Shown: piece by piece, positions 51,478 through 60,244 of the stretch
How the letters are laid out: each line of letters opens with the position of its first letter
How positions within the stretch are numbered: position 1 is the stretch's first letter
Source: Pelagomonas calceolata
Taxonomy: Eukaryota
NCBI GenBank assembly: GCA_918797485.1
Contig: CAKKNE010000002.1
Span: 4,774,001 to 4,838,000, forward strand
DNA length: 64,000 nucleotides
Direction: 5' to 3'
The notes under the pieces: model-generated
What the model was told of the DNA's origin: nothing
The model's input: the letters and a program-made list of their open reading frames with translations, nothing else
Databases searched by the model: none
Translations under genes and position numbers: made by a program

Positions 51478-52476
51478 ATGGCGTCCGACGACTCCGCGTC
51501 GTCCCAGGAGGATAAGGAGGAGAAAAAACAGCGCAAGAAAGCGAAGAAAGCGAAGAAACAAAAGAAACAAAAGAAGGCTAAACGAGAGCGGCTCACGGCC
51601 CACGCGGCCCTCGACCTCACGCCGGCCGGCGAGCCCGCGCCGGCGCCGGCGCCGGTCGCGGAGACGCTGGACGACCGCGTGCGGCTGCTGGCGGCGCGCG
51701 GCGCGAGCGACGCCGAGATCGGGAGGCTGCTCCGCGAGGCCGCGGGCGCGGTCGCGGCCGCGCCAGCACCCGTGAACGACGGCTTCACGGACGCCGAGCG
51801 CGCGGCGCGCGCCTTCAGCGCCAAGGTCAAGGGCGACGAGGGCGCCGCCGCGGCGCTGCGGCCCCTCCCGGAGCGGCGCCGCCGCCGCCGGTCGCGGTCG
51901 CGGTCGCGGTCCCGCTCGCGCGGGCGGCGGCGGCGCGCGCGGGGCGCCGCGCGCGGCTCGCGCTCGCGCTCACGGTCGCGCGGACGGCGCCGGTCGCGCT
52001 CGCGGAGTCCGCGCTCGCGGTCGCCCGGCGGCGACGACGCGATCGCAGCCATGCTCGGGAGCGCCGCGCGGGCGGCGCGGCGGCGCTCGCGCTCGCGGAG
52101 CCGCTCGCGGAGCCGCGGTCGCTCGCGGAGCCGGTCGCGGTCGCGCTCCTACTCTTCGCGCTCGTCCTACTCGCGGAGTCGCAGCCCGGTGCCGCGCCGA
52201 CCGCCGCCCGACGCGCGCAACGAACTCGACCGGCTCAAAGGCGGCCACTACGAAGGGCGGGCCGCCGACGACCCCTACTGGGAGCACGACCAGTACGACC
52301 CCCACGCGCCGCCGCCCGAGCGCGTCGTGGACGAGCGCTACGAGCCGCCGCAGCCCGAGTGGTTTTCCAAAGCTGGTGGCGTCTGCATCGCGAACCCGCG
52401 GGCCTGGATGAACGAGCGGCGGGAGCGGGAACGGTCGGAGAGCCCGACACACTATATGGCGCCGCGCGTTTTGTGA
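51478..52476 (+). CDS. Lys-rich / RS-repeat nuclear protein, possibly splicing-related
   Basis: K-rich stretch, long RS dipeptide tracts, C-terminal WEHDQY and WFSKAGGV motifs. Confidence 0.6.
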   Translation: MASDDSASSQEDKEEKKQRKKAKKAKKQKKQKKAKRERLTAHAALDLTPAGEPAPAPAPVAETLDDRVRLLAARGASDAEIGRLLREAAGAVAAAPAPVNDGFTDAERAARAFSAKVKGDEGAAAALRPLPERRRRRRSRSRSRSRSRGRRRRARGAARGSRSRSRSRGRRRSRSRSPRSRSPGGDDAIAAMLGSAARAARRRSRSRSRSRSRGRSRSRSRSRSYSSRSSYSRSRSPVPRRPPPDARNELDRLKGGHYEGRAADDPYWEHDQYDPHAPPPERVVDERYEPPQPEWFSKAGGVCIANPRAWMNERRERERSESPTHYMAPRVL

Positions 52477-52599
52477 GCGGCTCCACGGTGTTGTATGCGT
52501 CGACGGCGCGGAGGTGACGCCATCGACGCGCCACTGCGTCTCGTCGACGGCGCCGGGCTGACGTCATCACCGCGCCCATGCTAAGAATGTGATGTGTCA

Positions 52600-54069
52600 C
52601 TAGCTACTTAGGAGCCCCTCCTCGACACAACTCTCGTCGCCCTCGACGAGGCGCGGCCGTCTCAGAGGAAACGGCGCCTTGTCCCGCTTCCTCAATCTTT
52701 CCTCTTCGCGCTGGAGTTGCTTCTGGACCTTGCGTCGCGCCTCCACGAGCAGGGGATCGTCGAAGGTCTCGGAGCCCCAAAAACCGGGCCCTTCGTACAA
52801 CGTCTCCAGCGCGAAGTCTCGCCGGAGACCGTCCATGAGTGCCCTCCAATACCCGACCATGGCATGTGCGGCCACCACATTCCCGGGCGGGTCCGCGGCG
52901 CAGACGTGGCGCGGCTCGGCAAAATGTGCGGAAGAACCGCCTCCGACCAGTCGCGTGGTCGCGGGCACGATGTCCGGCCTACAACCGGGAGGGGCCGCGA
53001 CGGCGACCCTCCTATCATACCGTCGAGCTAATCGTGGATGCCTTCTCCGCTGGGCATCGAAAAAACGCCGGTCCCCGATCGGCGGTTCGCCGAAGGTCGT
53101 CACTCTTACTTCATGAGCCTTTCTCGGGCGGCGTTTCGCCGCGAACAAGGCTAATTGCAACGCCAGAGCCCCACCCAACGAATGACCCGTGACCCAAATT
53201 GGGGCATTAGTACCTAACGTAGCGGAGGCCAAATCATCCAACAAACCAGCCAACAACTGCTCCTTGTCCGGCCGACATACGTCCGGCCCATTCGTATGAA
53301 GCCATCTACCTCTACAAGCATCTTCTATCGCCCGAAACACGGGATCGTCCCGCCTTCGACCCTCGTCCAACCGCGTAATGCTACCACCTCGCACGCGCTC
53401 AAAGGCCCCGCGCATGCCTCTCGCGGTCTTGCCGCCACCCCTTTTTTCATGCGTCTCCATGATTTGCACGTTCGTGATCGCATGCCGCATGTCGGCGCTG
53501 CCCATGAACGCCACGGCTACCGCGCCGGCGTCGCCTCTCGCGACGAGAGCCGTCGTCGAGTGCCACCTAATCCCACCGGGGCCCGGCTCGGACCAGTCCG
53601 TGAAATAATATGTGGGTTGCCACCGTCGGTGGAACGGCGGCGCGCAATCCGCACCAAGTTTTTGGATCGTGCCGTGGGGCGGCAGGAAAGCGGATTGGAC
53701 CCCAGGGACTCGAGGCGCGGCTCGAGCCGCTCGCGCCGCGCACTTCGCCCACCGCGCTCGTTCCGCCGCCCAGCCGGACCGCCACGCGTGCTTGGACTTG
53801 GATGAGTAGGCCCGTATTTCTATGGGTAGCGTGCGATTCTTCCAGCCACTGACATACACTAAAGAAGCTAGCGCGGCCATGGCCGTCGCATCTAGTGAAT
53901 TCATCGCGTCGACACCTTGGCCACCGGCGTGTCGGCATTGGTGGCAGAGCACCGTGCGGTTGACGCGTTTCCTCATAAAAGGCAGTGGGAAGGCGCTTGT
54001 CGTTAGCACGGTGAGGAGTGCGCCCGCGAGCGCGCGCCGTCGGCGGCCGCGTCCGCGGTGCCGATTCAT
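52600..54069 (-). CDS. Class 3 lipase with N-terminal signal
   Basis: VAFMGS, IWVTGHSLGGALA, TFGEPPIGD, DIVP, H.M..Y. Confidence 0.85.
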   Translation of the reverse strand: MNRHRGRGRRRRALAGALLTVLTTSAFPLPFMRKRVNRTVLCHQCRHAGGQGVDAMNSLDATAMAALASLVYVSGWKNRTLPIEIRAYSSKSKHAWRSGWAAERARWAKCAARAARAAPRVPGVQSAFLPPHGTIQKLGADCAPPFHRRWQPTYYFTDWSEPGPGGIRWHSTTALVARGDAGAVAVAFMGSADMRHAITNVQIMETHEKRGGGKTARGMRGAFERVRGGSITRLDEGRRRDDPVFRAIEDACRGRWLHTNGPDVCRPDKEQLLAGLLDDLASATLGTNAPIWVTGHSLGGALALQLALFAAKRRPRKAHEVRVTTFGEPPIGDRRFFDAQRRRHPRLARRYDRRVAVAAPPGCRPDIVPATTRLVGGGSSAHFAEPRHVCAADPPGNVVAAHAMVGYWRALMDGLRRDFALETLYEGPGFWGSETFDDPLLVEARRKVQKQLQREEERLRKRDKAPFPLRRPRLVEGDESCVEEGLLSS

Positions 54070-54400
54070 CAGTTGGAGCCAAGTTTGTACTCAGTCGTCA
54101 AAAAACGGCACGTGTCGTCGCTAGGGCTGCGTCACAACTATACTACTGATGCTGTGACAGGGCCAGATCGTAGGCACAAGGCCGGTGAGGCCGTAAACTG
54201 GCTTGCACGCTTTGCTGGCTCGTGTGTTACTGAACGCTAGCTGATTATTTTTTTGTGTGAGGTGTCCGAAGTTTCTTGGCTTGTCTACGATACACGAGCA
54301 ACCTCACACTGCGTGACTGCTTCGGCGAGGTGATTGTGGTCGCGGCGCTCCAACCTCATCGAAAAATCGCAGCTGCAAAGCTCAAACACCAGCGTACAGC

Positions 54401-55525
54401 ATGGCACGCCTCCTCCGCATCCTTATTGCGCTGAGCGCGACCGCTGCAGCTCTGGTCCCGAGCTGGCAGCAGCAGCTCGATAGAGTGTTCCTAGACATCG
54501 ATATGAAGCCGCGGACGCGCTCGCGGACGCTTTTCAAGGTCATCGAGCGGCGCGAGGAGATCCTGACCGACGTGCGCAGCGCTGTCGATAGCATCCGGGA
54601 GAAGGGCTTCAAGGATGGCCACGGCGAGGCTATCGATTTGCTCTTCCCGAAGGGCACGATCATTCGTGGCGACCTCGAGGGGTTACAATCTCTGAGGAAA
54701 CAACTCCCCGAGGCCATCGAAGACCTCCGCAAGACGCGGCCGACGAACACCGCGACGACGCCGTCGCCGCCGACGCCCGAGGACCTGCGAAAAGTCGCAG
54801 AGAAGCTCCGCGACGGCTCGCTCCAGTCAGACATAGAGGAGGAGCTCAAGAACGCGCTCCGGAGCACGCCCAAGGGCCTCGAGACGCCCAAGTACTCTAT
54901 CGATAAAACCTTTGGCGACTGCGAGGTGCGGACCTACGAGGCCTACGCCGTCGCCGAACTGACGGAGCAGCGACCGGACGGCGACGCATTTAATATTCTG
55001 GCCGCCTATTTGTTCGGCAAGAATTCTGAGGACAAGGCCATGGCCATGACGATGCCTGTCGAGATGGTCGACGGTGTGATGTCCTTTGTCCTGCCGAAGG
55101 CGGACGCTGATGCGCCGCCGGCGCCGACGGACGACAAAGTTACGATTGGGGAGCGGCCGGCGCGGACCGTCGTGGCGCTGCCGTTCCCGGGCGTGGCGAC
55201 GCCGGAAGAGATCGAGCGCCAGCGCTCGAAGCTGGCGGACGTCTTGAAGGCGGAGGGGCTAGAGGCCGCGGACGACTCGTACACGGTGCTCCAGTACAAC
55301 TCGCCGTTCACGATCCCCTGGCGGCGCCGCAACGAGCTCGTTGTGGCGCTAGCTGAGAAGCCGAAGCCGCTCGTGCGACGGAAGGCCCGGGGCGATCGGG
55401 GCCCCGCGCCGCCGGCCATGCCGCGCGCGGCTTGGAGCGGGTCCCCGTTCCCGGCGAAACGCGGCGCGCCGGCCGCGGCGCCGCCCGCGAGCGATCCGTC
55501 GGGGTCGTACCTGGAGTCGCTCTAG
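54401..55525 (+). CDS. SOUL heme-binding family protein, probably plastid-targeted
   Basis: Signal peptide; LETPKY, EVRTY, FNILAAYLFGKN, MAMTMPV, MSFVLP, QYNSPFTIPWRRRNE. Confidence 0.9.
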   Translation: MARLLRILIALSATAAALVPSWQQQLDRVFLDIDMKPRTRSRTLFKVIERREEILTDVRSAVDSIREKGFKDGHGEAIDLLFPKGTIIRGDLEGLQSLRKQLPEAIEDLRKTRPTNTATTPSPPTPEDLRKVAEKLRDGSLQSDIEEELKNALRSTPKGLETPKYSIDKTFGDCEVRTYEAYAVAELTEQRPDGDAFNILAAYLFGKNSEDKAMAMTMPVEMVDGVMSFVLPKADADAPPAPTDDKVTIGERPARTVVALPFPGVATPEEIERQRSKLADVLKAEGLEAADDSYTVLQYNSPFTIPWRRRNELVVALAEKPKPLVRRKARGDRGPAPPAMPRAAWSGSPFPAKRGAPAAAPPASDPSGSYLESL

Positions 55526-55610
55526 ACGAGTCCCCGTATAAATCAAGTACTTGTTGCATGGGTTTTACCTCTTACCTCTACCTCTTACTAAGTACCTCTA
55601 CCTCTTACCT

Positions 55611-56790
55611 CTACCTACATGAAAAACCTTCCTTCTGAGCGACTCTTACGCGTGCTTGCGCGCGCCAAAAGTACCTCCAGAGAGCACCCCTGCGTACCTT
55701 AAGTGAGCCCTTGGCCTTGGGGCGCGATAACTGCACTGATCTGAGGAGCCTGGCCAGATGAAGCAGGAGAGCTGCCGCGATATCGATGCGCAGCTCGGCC
55801 GGCGCCTGGCGCGCCGCGTCGGTCGCATTCGACTGCGCGTGGACCAGGCCCACGTACCGCCTTACAACTAAATTCAAACATTTCAAATCCGCCGCTTCTA
55901 GCGCCTCGGGGTCCCGTTCCGGCGCGTGCGACCGGCCGTCGCCCGGCGCTAAGCCAAGCAGCACCGCAAAGAGCTCCAGCCGCATGTGCCTTGCACGCGC
56001 CTTGTCATCCTTACAGGTCGCGACGACCGCGCGCAGCTTCTTCACGGCTAAATTACGCATGCCGAAGCGCCGCACGCACGCCGTCATCGCGAGCGTCCGG
56101 AAGGGCTTCGCGGCCGCCGCCGCCGCGACGAGCGACGCGACGAGCGCGTCGCCGCGCGCGCGCGCCTCGTGGACCGCCGCGGTGACATCCGCCCGCAGCG
56201 CCTCCTCCAGCAGCGCCGGGATGAGCTGGAGCGCTTGCTGGATCGGCATGCCCCTTACCGAATGCGTCCCGTGCCGCTTGCTGTGGTGGTGCGCCAGGCC
56301 GAGCTCGTGGTGCTCCCGTTGTCTACGCGCGCGCGCCTGCTTGTGGAGCCTCCTTCTCCGCTTCTCGTGCGCGTCGTGCGGGTGCTTGCGACGCCTCCGT
56401 CCGAATCCGCCGTCGTCCTCGTCGTCGTCGTCGTCGTCGTCGTCGTGTCCTCGCAAGAGCGTCTGCGTACCCCTGTCCTCAACGTCGGGGACCATCCTCC
56501 GTAACCACTGCGCGTCCGTTTCTCCATGTAGAGGCGTCGCCTTGGCAATTCGATGCCGCCATTGATCCATGGATTCGCCCTCGGCCGGCAGCCAGCAGGC
56601 GTAGCCGCCTTTGCGGAGCCGCTCCTGATAGGCCTCGTCCGTCTCATCATCTAAACGGGGCGGCGGCGGGCCCCAGCCCCGCACGATGTCGACGACGTCC
56701 TCGTCGACGGCCACTACATCCGGGCCGCCCTCGTCTAGTTTCGACGCAAGCGTGTCCAGGAACCCGCCCTCCTCCTCCTTGGGCGATGAT
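55611..56790 (-). CDS. Partial, intron-free paralog of the central part of the 60245-63836 gene (gene or pseudogene)
   Basis: Near-identical peptides (GWGPPPPRLDDETD, GMPIQQALQLIPALLEEALRADVTAAVHEAR, QAPAELR); no in-frame ATG at its 5' end; diverges after ~55790. Confidence 0.6.
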
Positions 56791-58098
56791 GGGGTTGCGC
56801 CCCCCCTCGTCGTCGTCGTCGCTACCTAGCTATACTCGGGGCGACGGCGTATGAGGGCGCCGGGGGCGGGACACTTGGTGGGACAGGTCCACGGTCACAC
56901 GGTCGGTGGCTAGGCTGCCAGCTAAGCAAAGCAAAATGAAATTAGATTTTGGCAAGGGGCATCAAGTCGGTTCGTCGGCGAGGCGTCCGGTCGCCGGGAT
57001 GCAGAACGCGTCGACTGAGCTGCGACGCCGTGCGGCAGATCGCGACGAGCCGGACGTGCGCGAGCCCTCCACAGAACGGCAGCAAGGACCGCGACACACT
57101 GCCAGAGGGAGGCCGATTGGGCCCGTCGCTCATTTACATATTCCGTCGCCCTCTCGACGCCGCCGCCGTCCCAGACGCCGACGACGGCTCAGCGCTCGCC
57201 GCCTCAGCGCCAGCTCTCCGCTGGTGAGGGCAGTTCTAGGCCTCCCGCGACGATATAACGCATTTCCCTTACCGATGGTGCAGGGCCCGTGCTGCTGCGT
57301 CGCGACGTCGCCAGGAGCCTACGCGTCGAGGGCGTCTGCTACGACAGCGCTGAAAGTCCTCTCTGGCTCCTGGCTTGTGCTGTAGCCATTCGGTGCTGTT
57401 TGAAATGATGAGGATGGGTTCAAATCAGCGCCCGAGGATGCGGAACTCGTGCGCCGCGGTGGCGTGGACGTCTGCCGGTTGTCGGGAGGCCATCGATGGG
57501 CACGGCGACGGCGCCGGCCGCCGCTGAGGTGCCATTTGCCACAGGTGTTTTTGAGCATGCCAATACCCACTAGCAGGAACCTGAGAGCGCTCGTTGTTTT
57601 GCAGCGCTGCGCCTGCACGCGCCGCGCAGCCAAGACAGTTGTTTGAGCCGAAACTAGGAGGTCCAATTGCCGTGTCCGCACTGCCGCTAGAGTCTTTACG
57701 CCGCTATCGCATCGCAAACACATAATTTCGCCTCGAAGAGAGAACGCACTCAAACAACACCCAACAGCCTCCAGTGACCCACGGATCTCCTCCTGAGTGT
57801 CTCAAGGAGTGTACGGATGGGCCTGGGACCGCGCGGCGACGGCCGTGCGGGGCGGCGCCGCGCTGGACCGATGATGACAGCCATGCTTTTTGGCTCCCTC
57901 ATCTTAGGCGCCTGGCGGCGCGGGCCGCCGAGCGCGTCGGCGGGACCCCCGAGGGCTCTGAGGGGCGACGTGTGTGGTGACGCTAGGGCTCGCGCCGCAG
58001 ACGCGGTCTCGGACGTCTGCCGCACAGGTTCGCAAAGCCGCTGGGCCTCGTCTCTGCCACTCGGCCTGCGTCCGTCGACGCGCCGCGGCCACTGCGTC

Positions 58099-60114
58099 AT
58101 GTCTACCATGAAGCCGCGGAACATGAAACCGGGAGAACTGGAAGGGGCGGGCGAGTACGGCGACAAGATCCTCAAGACCGACTTCGCGAACCTGCCGGGC
58201 AAGGACCAGATGAAGTGCTTCGACGAGGCCTTGCGACGAGCGGTGCAGAAGAAGATGAAGTGGCCCCACCCGCCGTCAGGGGAAGTGCTCTTCGCCGCGG
58301 TCCGGAAGCACCGCGAGCGAGCCAACGCGCCCGCGGCGAAGCCGAAGGGCCGCCGCGCGCCGGGCCCGCCGATCCCGTCGCAGCCGCCGCGCAAGCGGCG
58401 CTCGAAGCCGCCGCCGGCCAAGCCCGCGGCGCTCGCGCAGCAGAACCTGAACACGAGCGAGTCGGCCATCGTGGCCGTGGCGCCCCAGACGCCGCTGGTC
58501 GACGCGGCCAACTACGCCTTACGGGCGCTTGCTGGCGAATCAGAGGACGTCGCAAATGCATCGCAGATTGTTGAGGTGAAGAAGGACGGCGGTGAGTGGA
58601 AGAAATTCACGTCGAAGTCAAAAGCGGTGCAGAAGATCCGCGGCCTCACGACCTACGTGTTAGATGACCTCCTCGAGGGCAAAGCCTCAGACATGTTTGA
58701 GGCGCGCCGCCTCGTCTCCAACAAGCGGCCGATCAGCAAACTGCAGGCGTTCACGTGGGCTGCCGACGCGCTCGGCCTGCGGCACGACATTAGTAAGGCC
58801 ACGGCCCTCGGCGACCTCGACGCGTGCGTGCTCGAGCTCGTCGATCACGTTGTGTTGCCAGACTCCGTCAAAGTGCGGCCGCCGTCCTGGGAGGCTTTGC
58901 TGAAGTACGTCAAGTCGTTATCCTCACGCGATCAGCGCGTGCTCGTCGAGAAGACGCGCCGCGCCGAGAACGAGCGCGTCCTGAAGTTGCGTGAGGCTGG
59001 TTGCGACCTTGGACGCGAGGCTCAACGCGAGTTGCGCCGGGAGGAGGCCGAGGAGGGCCGGCTCCGGGACGTCGAGGCCTTGCGTGACCTGCTGCTTCTG
59101 GGCTACAACCTGCTAGACGACAAGACGACTCAGAGGGCCTTCGAGGGCGAAGTCAAAGTGTCCTACTTGCCATCGCATGTTGTAGATGATCGCCGGCCCG
59201 TGTACGTCAAGTACAAGGGCGATCATAGGGTCGAGCTCAAGGCGGGGCCGTGGCCCGACCGCTACGCGTGGGGCGACGGCGTCCTGGAGCTTGGGTCGGC
59301 GGGCGGGGCTGATAATCCGTACGGTCCGCGCGAGACGCTGGTCGCGACGATCAGCCGCCAGGCACCTGGGGACTTTGCCTGGTTCGATTGCGACGGCGCG
59401 TGCGGCGACCGGCGCTTGCTGCACCGCGGCCAGCGCGGCCGCGTCGCGGTTACCTTGACGCCGCGCCAGCCGGCCGGCGCCTACGTCCGCCAGCGCCCCT
59501 TCTCCTCGCTCGAGCAGATGCAGAAGCTGGGCTTCCGGCTGGTCGAGGAGGAGGCGGCGACGACTGCCAGCGGCGAGACGATCGAGGGCTTTGGGAGGTG
59601 CAGCTTCACGTTCCACGTCGACGAGGACGGTCCCGACCAGATGCCGGCGCTGCGAGAGGAGTTCCTGCGCTTCCGCGGGGACCTGCTCGGCGTCACGCTC
59701 AAGGACAAGCGCCTCGCGGAGGGCGTATACGCGTCGACCCGGCGCACCCAGAACGGCGCCACCGACGCGCCCCAGGTCGTGTCCTTCATGTTCTCCGTCC
59801 CGTGCCGCGCGACCGGCGCGACGCCGCGGACCGAGCGCGCCCTCCAGCACCTCAAGGACCAGGGCTACCCGCTCATGGCCACGCTCGACCACCGGTGCAT
59901 CCTCAACTCCGTCGCCTTCGAGTTCCTCGCCTACCGGGACCCGTCGGTCGGCGGCAAGTGGCACGTCGACCGGGCCAAGGACCTCCTCCTCTCGGCGCTC
60001 CAGATGAAGTCCGTCACGATGAAGGAGGACGCCAACCTCAAGCGCTCCAAACAACACTTCACGCGGGAGGATGTGGCTCAGATGGAGGAGTGCAGCGACG
60101 ACTCGGTGATCTAG
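58099..60114 (+). CDS. Hypothetical protein
   Basis: Strong GC3 bias from MSTMKP at 58099; short GEWKKFTSKSKAV motif; no family recognised. Confidence 0.65.
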   Translation: MSTMKPRNMKPGELEGAGEYGDKILKTDFANLPGKDQMKCFDEALRRAVQKKMKWPHPPSGEVLFAAVRKHRERANAPAAKPKGRRAPGPPIPSQPPRKRRSKPPPAKPAALAQQNLNTSESAIVAVAPQTPLVDAANYALRALAGESEDVANASQIVEVKKDGGEWKKFTSKSKAVQKIRGLTTYVLDDLLEGKASDMFEARRLVSNKRPISKLQAFTWAADALGLRHDISKATALGDLDACVLELVDHVVLPDSVKVRPPSWEALLKYVKSLSSRDQRVLVEKTRRAENERVLKLREAGCDLGREAQRELRREEAEEGRLRDVEALRDLLLLGYNLLDDKTTQRAFEGEVKVSYLPSHVVDDRRPVYVKYKGDHRVELKAGPWPDRYAWGDGVLELGSAGGADNPYGPRETLVATISRQAPGDFAWFDCDGACGDRRLLHRGQRGRVAVTLTPRQPAGAYVRQRPFSSLEQMQKLGFRLVEEEAATTASGETIEGFGRCSFTFHVDEDGPDQMPALREEFLRFRGDLLGVTLKDKRLAEGVYASTRRTQNGATDAPQVVSFMFSVPCRATGATPRTERALQHLKDQGYPLMATLDHRCILNSVAFEFLAYRDPSVGGKWHVDRAKDLLLSALQMKSVTMKEDANLKRSKQHFTREDVAQMEECSDDSVI

Positions 60115-60244
60115 ATCCGGGCGTGTGCTGTGATCCTGTCCCCGCCCCTCGCCCCCTTGACTAACTAAGACTGGTCTACTCGCAACTACATGGCCCACGT
60201 CATCCGCGCCACAAGTCGATCTCGCAGATCGGACCCCTTAGTCA

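Noticed and set aside
55563..55618. TACCTC-type short tandem repeat, possibly telomere-like
   Set aside because: Irregular ~55-bp microsatellite between convergent genes; not a CCCTAA/CCCTAAA array.
56800..60244. Autonomous transposase for the introners
   Set aside because: No DDE/hAT motifs or matching TIRs recognised anywhere in the window.
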